64,000 bases of DNA from a virus, in the IMG/VR virus record IMGVR_UViG_3300012954_000010, positions 34,498-98,497 of that record, one strand, 5' to 3'. The position numbers and the translations under genes are program-made. Below, in pieces: positions 1 to 11,136 of the stretch; the first letter of the stretch is position 1, and every line of letters starts with the position of its first letter. Under the pieces are notes generated by a model. It worked only from the letters and a program-made list of their open reading frames with translations, did not search any database and was not told the DNA's origin.

Positions 1-3000
1 TCGTGCAAGACCATTCTTTCTAACATAGAATGAATTATCTGCAAGAACGCTGTCATACAACCAAGGAGAAGAATCTCTCTGCATTCTTCTGTTGCCATTT
101 TCGTCCAACTGGTATGCAAGTGTTGCTGTTACACCTGAAAGTTGTACCTCATCTGCATAACTAATGTAATCTGTAGAGAAGTACAATTCAGAACTGCCGT
201 TGAACACTGGGTTGTTACCAGATACAACTAATTCAATAGTACGATCATTTGTTCTGGAAAGTTTTTTGATTTTACCAATGATGTTTACAGTAGAACCATC
301 TTTCTGATATACAAACCTTTCTTTATCGTAGTTTATGTTTGTAAATGTGAATACATTATCGTATTGATTGGGACTAGAGTCTGAAATGGTCAGAGTTAGT
401 CTGTTTAAGTATGTGTTCGGTTCAAAATCGTGTAATGCGATAGATTGATCTAGTTCTCGTCCATACAATAGTATTAATTCAATATTGTTGTAATCATATA
501 CTTTTCTAGTAAAACGAATCGCTGGACCGTTGATGCTGTATGCATCACGACGCTGCATGACACCATCAATGAATACAAACATGTATCTAGGATCGTCTAC
601 AGTTTGTACATTATCATCTTCTTTCCTAATAATAATGAATGGACCAGCAGAACCATCCAGGATACCTGAGGTATCTAACTTGCATCGCTTGTAGTTACCT
701 ACACCATGCATTGCAATTCTTTCTACCGCTAGTGGTTCCTGCACAGTCTTAACATTCTCACCTTGGTCCCAAATTGGAGCTCCACTGAACACAATTCTGT
801 TTGGTGTTTGAGTTTTATCGATAAAATACGCACCATCATGCTGTAAAATGCCACTGATGGACACAAACAGGTTCTCATCATCATCTAGGTCAACAACGCC
901 TCCATCTTCATAATAAAGATCAAAGATTGTATTCTCGTTATTTGTATAATCAGGTAGAGAGATCTCTACAGTTCCAGGTCCAGTAACCAAAGTAGACTTG
1001 ATACCATCATACAAAGAATCTAGTGCTGAAGCAACTTCTTCACACTCGCTAAGTGTTGCATTGACCAGTAGAGGGTCAGGTAAGATGTTTTTGTTTACAT
1101 ATGTTTTCAGCGTAGTCCAGTATCCAGTAGAACTTTCATTTTCTGGAGTTGCTACTACTCTATTAGGTCCTCCTTGTAGAATAGTTGTCACTACATTGAT
1201 ATAAGATGTAATAGCACTTTCAACATCAGCACAGTATGGTGTTATATTGTCCACTCTGACCAGAGGATCAGTGACTGGAGCAATAATTGTAGAACCAGAG
1301 ATATTGTTTCTCATAGCAAGAATCATGAGATCGCGAGCAACCTCATTTGCATAGATTGTTTCTAGCAATTCACCTTGAATATGATTTAGTTTGTAGTTGT
1401 TGAAATATGCCTCTGCAAATTCAACAACTTTCTGGGTTCCACCCCAGCGAAGTGAGTATACGATAGCATCTACTAGGATGCCAGTATCTCTGAAGCAGAA
1501 GTCTTCTGCTTCGACCCATTCTTTAATACCAGTGTTAACTGTAGTAGTTGGTGCTGTATTGTTTGTGAGTGCGTCGGTTAGAATACCGAATAGAGTTGTA
1601 ACCGCAGAGTTTACGTTTGTGCAGTCAGGAACAAGGATAATACCAGGATCTTGTACTGTACCTCTGTTATTGATTGCTTCGATGCAAAGATCTCTTGCAA
1701 AGTTAAAACCATATATCGATTCTGTTCGTTCTCCATCTAGTGCGTCGTGATTTGTGAAATATCTGTTGGTTGCTGCAATAGTGGCAGAGTTTCCACCCCG
1801 ACCAGTATCTTCAGCAACAGCGGCGATAACAATCTTCAAATCTCTTGCACATTTTTCTGTAGCAAATTCTGAACCATACTTAGTATCCAGTTCCGCAATA
1901 GTTTGTGTTACGATGTCTTGTAGATTATCGTAAATAAGTCTTCTTCCATCTTTAAATCTGAAAGCTGCTTCAGGAACTCTAGGATATGTAAACTTAGGAT
2001 ACTTATCATAGATTCTGTGTGCTGCTTCTCTTTGGATGTTAATTTTGTTTGCTTCAATTAGTGTAGAAGCATCATAGAATGTACCATTATTAAGTCCACT
2101 CCAAATAAATGTCATCTGTGCATTTGCAGAGACATTAATCTGTCCACTTTGAGGTAGTGAAATAGTATATGTTGCACCCTGATCAATTTGAATGAAAATA
2201 CCAGGAGCAATCTGTAAAATTGGAGCAGTTGATTGATCAGTAGTTAAAATTTGATTAACAGTTAACTGCTGTAGTGTGTTGGAAATATTGAGAGAAGGTT
2301 GACTAATTCTAATAGTTCTCTCGTCAATAATTTCAGTAACAGTTGTTGCTGGATTGAATGCTCTACCAGCACTAATCTTCATACCAATAGCAATGTTATC
2401 GCTATTTGATACAGTAACTAAATCTGTACCAGGAGTCCAACTGACTTGTCTGTCAACAAAGTCCCAGTTACGCATTGCCAACTTACAAAGTCTAACAGCG
2501 TAATCATATGCTTTGATAGATGCTTCTAATTCTCCGTCGATGTATGCCAGAACACCATCGATAAAATATTTCTCGATAGCATCAATAGTCTTACTGTTAC
2601 CACCAAATCTTAAATCATGCTCAAGTGCTTCAACGACTAATCCAATGTCTCTATAACACTTAGTACCTAGAGTTCCCCATGATAGGTTTGGATATTCATT
2701 TTGAATGTAACCAAGAGTCTCAGATTGAATGAACGCTTTGTTCATTGCTAACTGGTTTGCAGAGTCAATCCATGTACCTTCTCTCTGGTAAATATTTCTG
2801 ACTCTCTTCAGATATCTTGCATTTAGAGTTGCATTCTTAAACTCAAAATATCTACAATGGAATGTTACACCAGGAACTTGCTGTCCATCTTTAACACTAG
2901 GTCCTAATGGAGGTGCAGCAAATGTAATTTTGTTTCCATTGACTGTATATGCTCTTCCAGGTTCTTGTAAGATACCATCAAGAGTAATGGTCAATGCTTG

Positions 3001-6000
3001 CTCATTATATGGAGAGATAGTAGCACCAGTATTATCAACTAATGTAAATACGGTTCTACCCTCTAGATTTCCACGGTCTGTAAATGCTCCAGTGAAAGCT
3101 CCATTTAGATATAGTTCCTTCGCTCTGATCTCTGTCGTATTGAATGTCTCAAGACCAATAGATCCAGCACCACGCTCAATCTTAAGTTGCTCTGTTTTAA
3201 TAACAGATGTAGTAACTTGCTTCTTGGTACTAACAACAGTGATTTTGTTTTTGTTAGGATCCCAGAGTTGTACGATACTAGTGCCGACTGTCTTCGTATT
3301 TGGAGACATAGGTACTGCAGAGTCTGACTCAACCAACACTTCTCCAAATAATTGGAAACCTGCAGGGTGAGTTGTCTTCTTAATTAACTCTCTCCAAGAA
3401 TTAATTGAAGTACGAGACTTAACAACATACGAGTAATCTTGATAATAGAATGAATCAGTTAGTCTTTGGTTAGAAGAACTAACCACACCTTGGTCATCTT
3501 GGAAGCTTCCGATGTTGTCAAAATATGTTTTAATATTTTTATTAAATTTAGAATACGCAATGGTATCCAGTACAGCTGTGTTGCGTCTAGAAATGCCTAA
3601 AATTTCAATGTTTTCTCTAAACAATCCAGTGATGTCTTTTACGATCAAAATGTTGGATCCTTTTCTCCAAGAAACCACTTTTGCTCTAGCAGTTTCTACA
3701 CCAGAATTTGTTTGAATTATTGTTTCGCCAATCCCAAATGCATCTTCTCTAAAATTAGATACTTTGAAAATATAATTTGATCTGATAGTTGAACTTAGAG
3801 TCTTATCATTATGGTAAGATCCACCATTGTTAATGATTCTTACATTTCTAGGCAAACCAATTGTTTCACTGGTAAGGTAAACTCTTACATCAGACTCAAC
3901 AATATTAATTGTTGGTGGAGTAGTATAACCAGAACCAGGATGCTTAACTACAATACCAGTTACTCTTCCCTGATCTTGTACAACTTCCAGTAAAGCATTA
4001 CCTTCAACAATTGCTTTTGCTTTCGAGTAGTTAGATCCATTGTTAGTTACTACGACAGCAGACAAAGATCCATCTACAATATCTGCTGTTGCCTTTGCAA
4101 CATATGTCGGTGTTGGTAACACACCAGTTACAATAGGAAGTTTTCTATACTCGGTTCCAGTGTTGATTACATTGACAGTGTTAATCTCACCAACTGAGAA
4201 CTGAGACATAGAGTTATACTTGATAACTCCTGTTCCGTCATGTGGAGCAGCAATTGTTGTGTCGTATACAATAGATCTTGGTGTAACATATAGTGCAGAC
4301 TTCTTGCCTTGTAGGGGATCATCTACAACATTAAAGAATCCAGTTTCCGAAGAAGACTGACCATTCTTATCAAAGTAGTAATACTTAGAGTATTGTAATG
4401 CTTGTTTTTTAGAATATGAATTATTTGTAAGTCTTGATCCGAAACCAAGTTTTAAATCAACAATCCCACCATTGATTGTTCTTTCTGTAGTAACAATGTT
4501 ATAATTGATACTTGGAGAAATTTCAAACGCTCTTCCATTCATAGAAGGGTGAGCAGTATTGAAACTATATTTGTAGAACTTCTTAATATCAATTACAGGG
4601 TTTCTTGTAAACTCTAGATTGTCAGAAGAAAATTCAAATACAGATTTTGCTGGTTCTATATCTAAAATTCTAACTAGTTTCTGATCAGCACTCTGATCAA
4701 AGAATACTGTGCTTAGAGAAACTTCATTGATTGTACTTAGAGTTTGATCATATCCAAATACAACTTCAGCAACTTGAGTTGACGCATCATATTCTTCGAT
4801 GACTGGATCTCTAGGACTAGATCCAAGAGCAAATCCTTTTGGTAAATTAAATGCAGGTGCAATCTGTGTTAATGCAGCACCATCAAAATGTTCTACCGCA
4901 GTAGTTCCTAACTGTCCTCTCAATACAGTTAGTACATTGTCAGTTCTATTAACTACCTTTACGATCTCACTGCCAATTCTGATAAAATCATCTGCAGTGA
5001 ATCCAGTACCATCAGCTACATTGATATCAGTTTCTTCTGCACCAAGACCAACATGGTCTACACGAATCTGAACACTACCAGTTGTTAGATCTGATTTTGA
5101 GAGATAAGCAGCACTAACTGTAAGGACATCACCTCTCTTGTATCCAGTTCCCTTCTTATCCGATCTTGGTGCTACAGATGTTACATATCCTTCAGGTCCA
5201 ACAACTATACGCGCTGTTGCGTCCTCTCCAGATCCACCAAGTAGAGGTGCCTCTGCATATGTTTGGTTTGGTAGGTAGTCAGCACCACCAGTTAGGAGCG
5301 TCAGTTTACCAACACCAGTATCCGTGAGAACCGTTGCAGCAACTGGGATGTTGAACTTAATTTTTTGATAAATTCTACTTCTTACATAGTATAGTGTTGT
5401 TGATGATGAATCGTCTGGATTGATATCAACATCAATCACATCATTAACACCAACACCATGATCTTGACTGGTCTTCAGTATTGCAACATTGTTGTTAATG
5501 TTGAAAATAATCAAACCACTACTTAGAGAACCAACTTGGGCAACATTAACACCAGGAGTATCAAGTAAATTTGAACTTCTGATAAAATAGTCGTCTGTTG
5601 GTGTAAATGAACCAAATACTAGTCGTACTTTTACACTATTCTTAGAAATAGTAGTTTCTAGCACAATTCCTTGTGCAATTACTGATGCAGCACCATCAGT
5701 GTACTCAAGCATTGCACCAGATGTGTATGATGCATTCTCATCAAGAATTAAATTTAGTACAGTTGTATTAGAACTGAGTGTGTCTCCAGTAGAAAACTCA
5801 CCACTTACATTTCTAAGTGCAAATTTCTTACCAGAGAATACATCACCAACAATCTCACCAGACGCACCAGTTACATCTTGAGTGATAGTATCACCATCAA
5901 ACAAATATGCAGTGTTGGAAAGATTGACCAGTAGCGCCTTTGTAGATTGAGACTCAATAGACTCAACTTGTTTTCCTTTTACAGAAGATACTTCTGCAGT

Positions 6001-8724
6001 GGCACCAAAACCACTGGTAGATGTATTGTCAATGAATACTTCAGATCCTACAGAGAATGTATCGACACTAGAATAGATCTCAGCACCAGATACATTACCT
6101 CTTTCGATATCTTCAATAACTGCTACTGCCAGTTCACCATTAGCATCGATGTCAGCAGTTCTGAGTCTCGTAGAAGTCTTAGGAATGTCAGTATGAGACA
6201 ATGCCTGTGTATAGTTTGAATCTCTAGGAATAGAATAATAGTTGTCTCCTAGGATATATGGGAACTGTGGGTCGTCATTACCATCAACAGTAATGAAGTA
6301 TGCATAAGTTCCTTCTGGGTAGTCTGGAGTCACACAGAATCTACCATTGTTTTGATCTAGGTGTCCACTCTGGTGAACATAAGTATAATCTTCAAAAAAT
6401 GAACCTAACGGATAAGTAGCAACAGCAGGTCCATTACTTCTTGCAATATTTTTAGTGTAACTAGAATCCATTCTTACAATGGAACTAGTAGGATCTAGAG
6501 CATCAGAAAAACCAAAAGCACCGTAAATAGGATTGCCATCATAAGCAAATCCTAAAATAGGAGAGTGGTTAGATCCATTATCGTTTTGTCTCAAAGCAGT
6601 TGGTGATGCATAGTATGCATACCCATAATCTTGAGAGATATCTTTGTTTTGGATAGCATAACCATTATTACTATCTAACTCAGACGAATATAGTTCATAA
6701 CGATTCTTAGTCCATTGCAATACTTTAGATTCTGCAATAGCACCAGAACCAACAGCAATAACATCTACACGAATGTTCTCTGCTGTATAACCGCTACCTT
6801 TATTGATCTGAATAAAATCAACTAGTTGACCTGCAGGAGAAACTACAGCAGTGTAGTCAGCAAATCTTCCTTTACCTGCTAGATCTATAATTCTGATGAC
6901 TGGTGAGGAAGAGTAGAACTCACCTGGGTTCGATACCACTAAACTAGTGATTTCACCATTAGTAATGATTGGTGTTACTACACCGTTTCTACCAGATACA
7001 ACTTCTACTTGTGGGTTGCCTTGATAGTTGCCAGGATTGTCTACTACAATAGACTCAACAACCTGACCTGCCATTTTTGCTCTAGCAATACCAGCAGCAC
7101 CGTCTACTAATACAAATGGTTCTCTTGCATAACCAGAACCCCTGTTGAGCACAGCGATCTCTTGTAGTGGACCATTGAATACTTTCTCAGTATCCTTGGC
7201 ACTCATTGCAACAACACCATTTACAAAGATACCAACATCTCTATCGTTGGTTTTGTAAATCTCTGTGGTGCTTGTAGGTTGCTTTGGTATAATTCTTAAT
7301 TGACGCTGATCCTTAATAGGAACATTCAATGTGAATGGGTGATCAGGGAATCCAGAAGATGCAATGTAATAGTCTGTGTCATCCTCGAAAACTGCAGATA
7401 CACCAGAGTTTAGTAGTGGTAAACCAGATACTTTACCACTTGATAGATTCCATCTAATATTATTCTGAGAGTCAACAATTTTTTGATTCGTTGTCTCAAA
7501 TCCTGGTCTAGAAATTTCTAGTTTTTCACCAGCAACTGCATATGGTTCTTTAGTCTCAGATTCTACTGAATATAAGACACCTAAGATTAAAATTGAGTCT
7601 GTACCTACATTGACTTCAGCAGCGTCATATACAAGACTGCCCGCAGTGTAAGAAGAACTGCCAGATCTGGTCTTGATGGTAAATTGATTGACATTTTTAG
7701 TTTCAAATGTGAAGACTTCGTTCTCAATGTAGAACTTACCAGTCTCACCCCATCCCATAGTAGAAAACACATCAACAACTGTGCTGCTGATGTCAATGTC
7801 TTCTGTTAGTTTTGTTTTAGATGAAATTACAAAGTCACCATTGACAGTTTCTTCTGCCAAGATAAATTCGTATAAATCAATACCGTCATATGTACCAGAG
7901 AATAGTACATTGTCGATGGTAGCAGAAGCGTAGTTACCATCTAGGTTTTGGACGATTTGTTTTCCAATAAATGACTCTGGAGAACCAGAAATGATTTTTA
8001 CTTTTAGAGAATAGTTATTAGTCCATGTAGACTCAGATGACTTGAGTGTATAATCTCTAGGATATAATACCTCAGGGTTCTGGTCATTAGGAACTAGACA
8101 TTTGAACAAAAACTTGATAGAGTTCTTTGTTCCCTTAGATTTGTAAAAATCACCGATGTTTTTGATCAGTGTTCTTTGATCAACCTTCTCATTTAGAAAT
8201 GCTATAGGAAAGTCTGGTAAGTATTGTGCCTCGAAACTCTTCACAAGAGCAAAGAGGAACAGATTACTAATATTTTGTACAGTAGAACCATTTGGGTGGT
8301 CTGCTGCTTGTGTAGTTACAAATGTAGACTCATTATACAGATCTCCCAGTGTAGTGTTACCACTTACACCTCTGCTTACATGGAGAAACTTTGTATCGGT
8401 TCTTTCTTTGTAAAAACAAATTTCGTCGTTTACTGCTAAGTATCCTGATGTAGGAAACGCAGTGGCATCTACTACAGTAATAGTAGTATCAGTGTCTTGT
8501 GCAAATTCTGCAAGTTTAGTCTCTTGCTGCAGAATTTTCTTCTCATAAAAATCAATATTACGATATGTCGCAATATTGTTTGCAATGTCTAATGGTTGCC
8601 CTTGTAATTCAAGCTGCTCATAATACTTCTGCACGAACTTACCAAAAAGTTCGTACTCATCGCTGATAAATGCTGGAAGTTGATCTTCAATTAAAAGAGA
8701 GATCTTATTAGCAGTTTTAGGCAT
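1..8724 (-). CDS. Very large baseplate wedge initiator (gp7-like/VrlC-like), 3' end outside window
   Basis: ATG at 8724 directly after the gp6 stop: MPKTANKISLLIEDQLPAFISDEYELFGKFVQKYYE. gp7-type motifs NIGDFYKSKGTKNSIKFLF (~8100-8160) and WRELIKKTTHPAGFQLFGEV (~3340-3400), plus a YHYH-like domain (HSPILGFAYDGNPIYG, ~6250-6570). The same frame reads open at 1-60; not every codon checked. Absent from the ORF track because there is no stop in the window. Confidence 0.85.
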   Translation of the reverse strand, partial: MPKTANKISLLIEDQLPAFISDEYELFGKFVQKYYEQLELQGQPLDIANNIATYRNIDFYEKKILQQETKLAEFAQDTDTTITVVDATAFPTSGYLAVNDEICFYKERTDTKFLHVSRGVSGNTTLGDLYNESTFVTTQAADHPNGSTVQNISNLFLFALVKSFEAQYLPDFPIAFLNEKVDQRTLIKNIGDFYKSKGTKNSIKFLFKCLVPNDQNPEVLYPRDYTLKSSESTWTNNYSLKVKIISGSPESFIGKQIVQNLDGNYASATIDNVLFSGTYDGIDLYEFILAEETVNGDFVISSKTKLTEDIDISSTVVDVFSTMGWGETGKFYIENEVFTFETKNVNQFTIKTRSGSSSYTAGSLVYDAAEVNVGTDSILILGVLYSVESETKEPYAVAGEKLEISRPGFETTNQKIVDSQNNIRWNLSSGKVSGLPLLNSGVSAVFEDDTDYYIASSGFPDHPFTLNVPIKDQRQLRIIPKQPTSTTEIYKTNDRDVGIFVNGVVAMSAKDTEKVFNGPLQEIAVLNRGSGYAREPFVLVDGAAGIARAKMAGQVVESIVVDNPGNYQGNPQVEVVSGRNGVVTPIITNGEITSLVVSNPGEFYSSSPVIRIIDLAGKGRFADYTAVVSPAGQLVDFIQINKGSGYTAENIRVDVIAVGSGAIAESKVLQWTKNRYELYSSELDSNNGYAIQNKDISQDYGYAYYASPTALRQNDNGSNHSPILGFAYDGNPIYGAFGFSDALDPTSSIVRMDSSYTKNIARSNGPAVATYPLGSFFEDYTYVHQSGHLDQNNGRFCVTPDYPEGTYAYFITVDGNDDPQFPYILGDNYYSIPRDSNYTQALSHTDIPKTSTRLRTADIDANGELAVAVIEDIERGNVSGAEIYSSVDTFSVGSEVFIDNTSTSGFGATAEVSSVKGKQVESIESQSTKALLVNLSNTAYLFDGDTITQDVTGASGEIVGDVFSGKKFALRNVSGEFSTGDTLSSNTTVLNLILDENASYTSGAMLEYTDGAASVIAQGIVLETTISKNSVKVRLVFGSFTPTDDYFIRSSNLLDTPGVNVAQVGSLSSGLIIFNINNNVAILKTSQDHGVGVNDVIDVDINPDDSSSTTLYYVRSRIYQKIKFNIPVAATVLTDTGVGKLTLLTGGADYLPNQTYAEAPLLGGSGEDATARIVVGPEGYVTSVAPRSDKKGTGYKRGDVLTVSAAYLSKSDLTTGSVQIRVDHVGLGAEETDINVADGTGFTADDFIRIGSEIVKVVNRTDNVLTVLRGQLGTTAVEHFDGAALTQIAPAFNLPKGFALGSSPRDPVIEEYDASTQVAEVVFGYDQTLSTINEVSLSTVFFDQSADQKLVRILDIEPAKSVFEFSSDNLEFTRNPVIDIKKFYKYSFNTAHPSMNGRAFEISPSINYNIVTTERTINGGIVDLKLGFGSRLTNNSYSKKQALQYSKYYYFDKNGQSSSETGFFNVVDDPLQGKKSALYVTPRSIVYDTTIAAPHDGTGVIKYNSMSQFSVGEINTVNVINTGTEYRKLPIVTGVLPTPTYVAKATADIVDGSLSAVVVTNNGSNYSKAKAIVEGNALLEVVQDQGRVTGIVVKHPGSGYTTPPTINIVESDVRVYLTSETIGLPRNVRIINNGGSYHNDKTLSSTIRSNYIFKVSNFREDAFGIGETIIQTNSGVETARAKVVSWRKGSNILIVKDITGLFRENIEILGISRRNTAVLDTIAYSKFNKNIKTYFDNIGSFQDDQGVVSSSNQRLTDSFYYQDYSYVVKSRTSINSWRELIKKTTHPAGFQLFGEVLVESDSAVPMSPNTKTVGTSIVQLWDPNKNKITVVSTKKQVTTSVIKTEQLKIERGAGSIGLETFNTTEIRAKELYLNGAFTGAFTDRGNLEGRTVFTLVDNTGATISPYNEQALTITLDGILQEPGRAYTVNGNKITFAAPPLGPSVKDGQQVPGVTFHCRYFEFKNATLNARYLKRVRNIYQREGTWIDSANQLAMNKAFIQSETLGYIQNEYPNLSWGTLGTKCYRDIGLVVEALEHDLRFGGNSKTIDAIEKYFIDGVLAYIDGELEASIKAYDYAVRLCKLAMRNWDFVDRQVSWTPGTDLVTVSNSDNIAIGMKISAGRAFNPATTVTEIIDERTIRISQPSLNISNTLQQLTVNQILTTDQSTAPILQIAPGIFIQIDQGATYTISLPQSGQINVSANAQMTFIWSGLNNGTFYDASTLIEANKINIQREAAHRIYDKYPKFTYPRVPEAAFRFKDGRRLIYDNLQDIVTQTIAELDTKYGSEFATEKCARDLKIVIAAVAEDTGRGGNSATIAATNRYFTNHDALDGERTESIYGFNFARDLCIEAINNRGTVQDPGIILVPDCTNVNSAVTTLFGILTDALTNNTAPTTTVNTGIKEWVEAEDFCFRDTGILVDAIVYSLRWGGTQKVVEFAEAYFNNYKLNHIQGELLETIYANEVARDLMILAMRNNISGSTIIAPVTDPLVRVDNITPYCADVESAITSYINVVTTILQGGPNRVVATPENESSTGYWTTLKTYVNKNILPDPLLVNATLSECEEVASALDSLYDGIKSTLVTGPGTVEISLPDYTNNENTIFDLYYEDGGVVDLDDDENLFVSISGILQHDGAYFIDKTQTPNRIVFSGAPIWDQGENVKTVQEPLAVERIAMHGVGNYKRCKLDTSGILDGSAGPFIIIRKEDDNVQTVDDPRYMFVFIDGVMQRRDAYSINGPAIRFTRKVYDYNNIELILLYGRELDQSIALHDFEPNTYLNRLTLTISDSSPNQYDNVFTFTNINYDKERFVYQKDGSTVNIIGKIKKLSRTNDRTIELVVSGNNPVFNGSSELYFSTDYISYADEVQLSGVTATLAYQLDENGNRRMQRDSSPWLYDSVLADNSFYVRKNGLAR

Positions 8725-8727
8725 CTA

Positions 8728-10533
8728 CTACTCTTTATATGCGACGAATTTACTCTTAGCAACATCAACATCCAGATATGCTTCTCTAAGTACAGAAACA
8801 TCATCTGACGCTGGTTTTACACGCAACTCAATACGATTGTCTGAGAAACTTCCTTGGATAATAGTTAGATCATACATTTTGATCTCACCATGAACATAAT
8901 CAATGTCACCCAGAGAGTCATTTAAGACAATTTTTTCACCAGTCAGTGCATCTAGTCTATATAGGACAATTTTGCCAGATCTATCCTCTAGATACACGGT
9001 ATAGTTTGGATACTCAAGGGTTACGAATCCACTGGATGATACAACTGGATCGTCACAATCCGTTAGGAATTCATTCTGGTAACAGATCTCATAATATGAT
9101 GTAGCATTTAGTTGTGCATAGAAATCTTTTCTGAGAGTTACTTCCGTCAAGTTTGAATTGATTGCTCTATCAGCATCGTCAATCACACCAACGAATTTGG
9201 AGTATCTGAACTTACCATTAAACTTCTCAGTATCAGAAGTTTTTAGATACTCTGTAATTGCACTACTGACTTTAGAAGCAACATCTCTTGGTAGTAGATT
9301 TGTCTTTGTTCCGTTGTAATAGATCTTGGAAGACAACTCCACATATAGAATAGATGGATCAACCAATACAGGTCTTACGGAACCCACTGAGTATTGCTTC
9401 AGATCCGCCTCAATCTGTCTCTTTGTGAATTGTGATAAGAACGATGCATCAGATGGTTTGATGGCAATGAAGACCTTACCGTAGGCAGGAGGGACTTGAT
9501 CTTCTCCACCAAATACAATGATGTCGCTGATCGCTGGATATACATTACGAGCGATTACTTCATAGTCACTGCTTGTGACTGCTCTGTTTTGAGATGCAAA
9601 GTATTTTGGTGCAAGATACTTGATTTTGTTAATGCTCTCAATATCTTCACCACCAGATGCCTTCGAGACTGTAGTGATATTATTTACACTGTAAGGAACA
9701 GAGAGAACACCTACATCATCTAAGAAGACACCTGCAAATGAGAATGTACGCGCACCATTAGACTCTTTTCCATTGGTCCTCACATAGTTCATCTCAACAA
9801 CTTCGCCGTCTTCTAACTTACGACCTAGTACACCATCACCAAAAATAACTTGATATCTCTCATCTTCAATTTCATTGACAAAAAATACCTTAGCATCCTT
9901 ATCAATACTAGGATCTAAGATGTTGTCAACACGCTTGTATGAATCATTGATTGTACTAGTCTCAGATTGAAATACATTTACCTTCAATGTATTCAAGTCT
10001 GCACTAGAATTCTCAATTAAAAACTTTTGAGACTCAGATACACTATTGACTACAGTTCTTGACTTAACCTGAGTTCCTTCTACCAATTCTACTTCTGTAA
10101 ATGTAGCAACACCGTTTGCTACTTCCGCCCTGGTATCTTCAACTACAATGTACTGATATACACTGTCATCGTAGTTAGTGATAAAACCAGTTCCCTTCTT
10201 CAGAGTGATAAACCCTGGTGCGTTGTTAGGGATGCTAACATTAAATGATAATACTGTCTTTGGAGCAGTAATTGACTTCGGTGTGTATCCTAACTGTTTC
10301 GCTAGTGTAACAACATTGTCTCTCAGTGTTGCACTATCGAGAAACATCTCGTTTACCACCATGTTCGTATTGAACGCAGTGTAGTATGTGTTATACGCTA
10401 ACACATCTAATAGTTGACTGAGCACAGAACCATCAAAGTCATAGTCTGTGAAATCAGACTGCGCTCTCATGTATTCCTTTAGCGCAGTTTTAATCTCAGA
10501 AAAATCTAGATTATTGAGCTGAGTGTATGGCAT
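8728..10533 (-). CDS. gp6: Baseplate wedge subunit gp6
   Basis: 601 aa; LDFSEIK...DYDFDGS.LS.LLDVLAYNTYY...EMFLDSATLRDNVV and QNRAVTSSDY motifs; follows gp25. Confidence 0.95.
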   Translation of the reverse strand: MPYTQLNNLDFSEIKTALKEYMRAQSDFTDYDFDGSVLSQLLDVLAYNTYYTAFNTNMVVNEMFLDSATLRDNVVTLAKQLGYTPKSITAPKTVLSFNVSIPNNAPGFITLKKGTGFITNYDDSVYQYIVVEDTRAEVANGVATFTEVELVEGTQVKSRTVVNSVSESQKFLIENSSADLNTLKVNVFQSETSTINDSYKRVDNILDPSIDKDAKVFFVNEIEDERYQVIFGDGVLGRKLEDGEVVEMNYVRTNGKESNGARTFSFAGVFLDDVGVLSVPYSVNNITTVSKASGGEDIESINKIKYLAPKYFASQNRAVTSSDYEVIARNVYPAISDIIVFGGEDQVPPAYGKVFIAIKPSDASFLSQFTKRQIEADLKQYSVGSVRPVLVDPSILYVELSSKIYYNGTKTNLLPRDVASKVSSAITEYLKTSDTEKFNGKFRYSKFVGVIDDADRAINSNLTEVTLRKDFYAQLNATSYYEICYQNEFLTDCDDPVVSSSGFVTLEYPNYTVYLEDRSGKIVLYRLDALTGEKIVLNDSLGDIDYVHGEIKMYDLTIIQGSFSDNRIELRVKPASDDVSVLREAYLDVDVAKSKFVAYKE

Positions 10534-10932
10534 TTATCTTGTGCGGGTCAGGAAGAACTCTACAGCAATTGGTGCAATCTCTGTACCAACAACCTCAAAT
10601 GACAACTCCACATTAAAACCATTATCATTATAATTAGGTGCTGTGTTTATTTGCACAATCTCAATTCTAGGTTCAAATGTTTTTAGTGTTTCACGAATCG
10701 ATGAATTAATAAGTGCTGCAGTAGCAAAATCTAATGGCTCAAATAAAAAGGAGCGAAGACCACTCCCAATATTGGGTTGGAATGGTCTCTCTCCTTGATC
10801 AGTTAATAGTAATGTTGTGATCGCTTGTTTGATTGCGGCAGCATCCTTAGTAACAACCAGATCATCAGTAACTGGATGCTTCTTAAAACTAAGATTCAAA
10901 TCCTTGAAGGATTGTGTCAGAGCTTTTGCCAC
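10534..10932 (-). CDS. gp25: Baseplate wedge subunit gp25
   Basis: FKDLNLSFKKHPVT.D...AIKQAI..LLLT..GERPFQP.IGS...FEPRI motif. Confidence 0.95.
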   Translation of the reverse strand: MAKALTQSFKDLNLSFKKHPVTDDLVVTKDAAAIKQAITTLLLTDQGERPFQPNIGSGLRSFLFEPLDFATAALINSSIRETLKTFEPRIEIVQINTAPNYNDNGFNVELSFEVVGTEIAPIAVEFFLTRTR

Positions 10933-10955
10933 AATATAAGTAGAAGATTACTTCT

Positions 10956-10962
10956 TATTTAG
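10956..10962 (-). promoter_or_regulatory. T4-type late promoter (CTAAATA variant)
   Basis: CTAAATA about 25 nt upstream of the gp25 start. Confidence 0.6.
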
Positions 10963-11136
10963 TCACTCCGTCCAACGCTCAACAAAATCGTCCATATCCT
11001 TCTTACGACGCTTTTGATCTGCAATTTGCTTAAGATACTTTTCACTGTCAACTTCAGTGATCAGTGTCATGCCGCTACGAATAAACTCATCACCTTTATC
11101 TACAGATCCGTCCAGGTGTTGTGGATGTCCCATCAT
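10963..11136 (-). CDS. Small hypothetical protein (57 aa)
   Basis: Manual translation MMGHPQHLDGSVDKGDEFIRSGMTLITEVDSEKYLKQ...; start overlaps the upstream stop. Confidence 0.7.
   Translation of the reverse strand: MMGHPQHLDGSVDKGDEFIRSGMTLITEVDSEKYLKQIADQKRRKKDMDDFVERWTE

Noticed and set aside
998-8439. Short ORFs (mostly + strand) listed in 1-8.7 kb, and + strand ORFs throughout the window
   Set aside because: Antisense or alternate-frame shadows of long minus-strand genes; no recognisable motifs or RBS.
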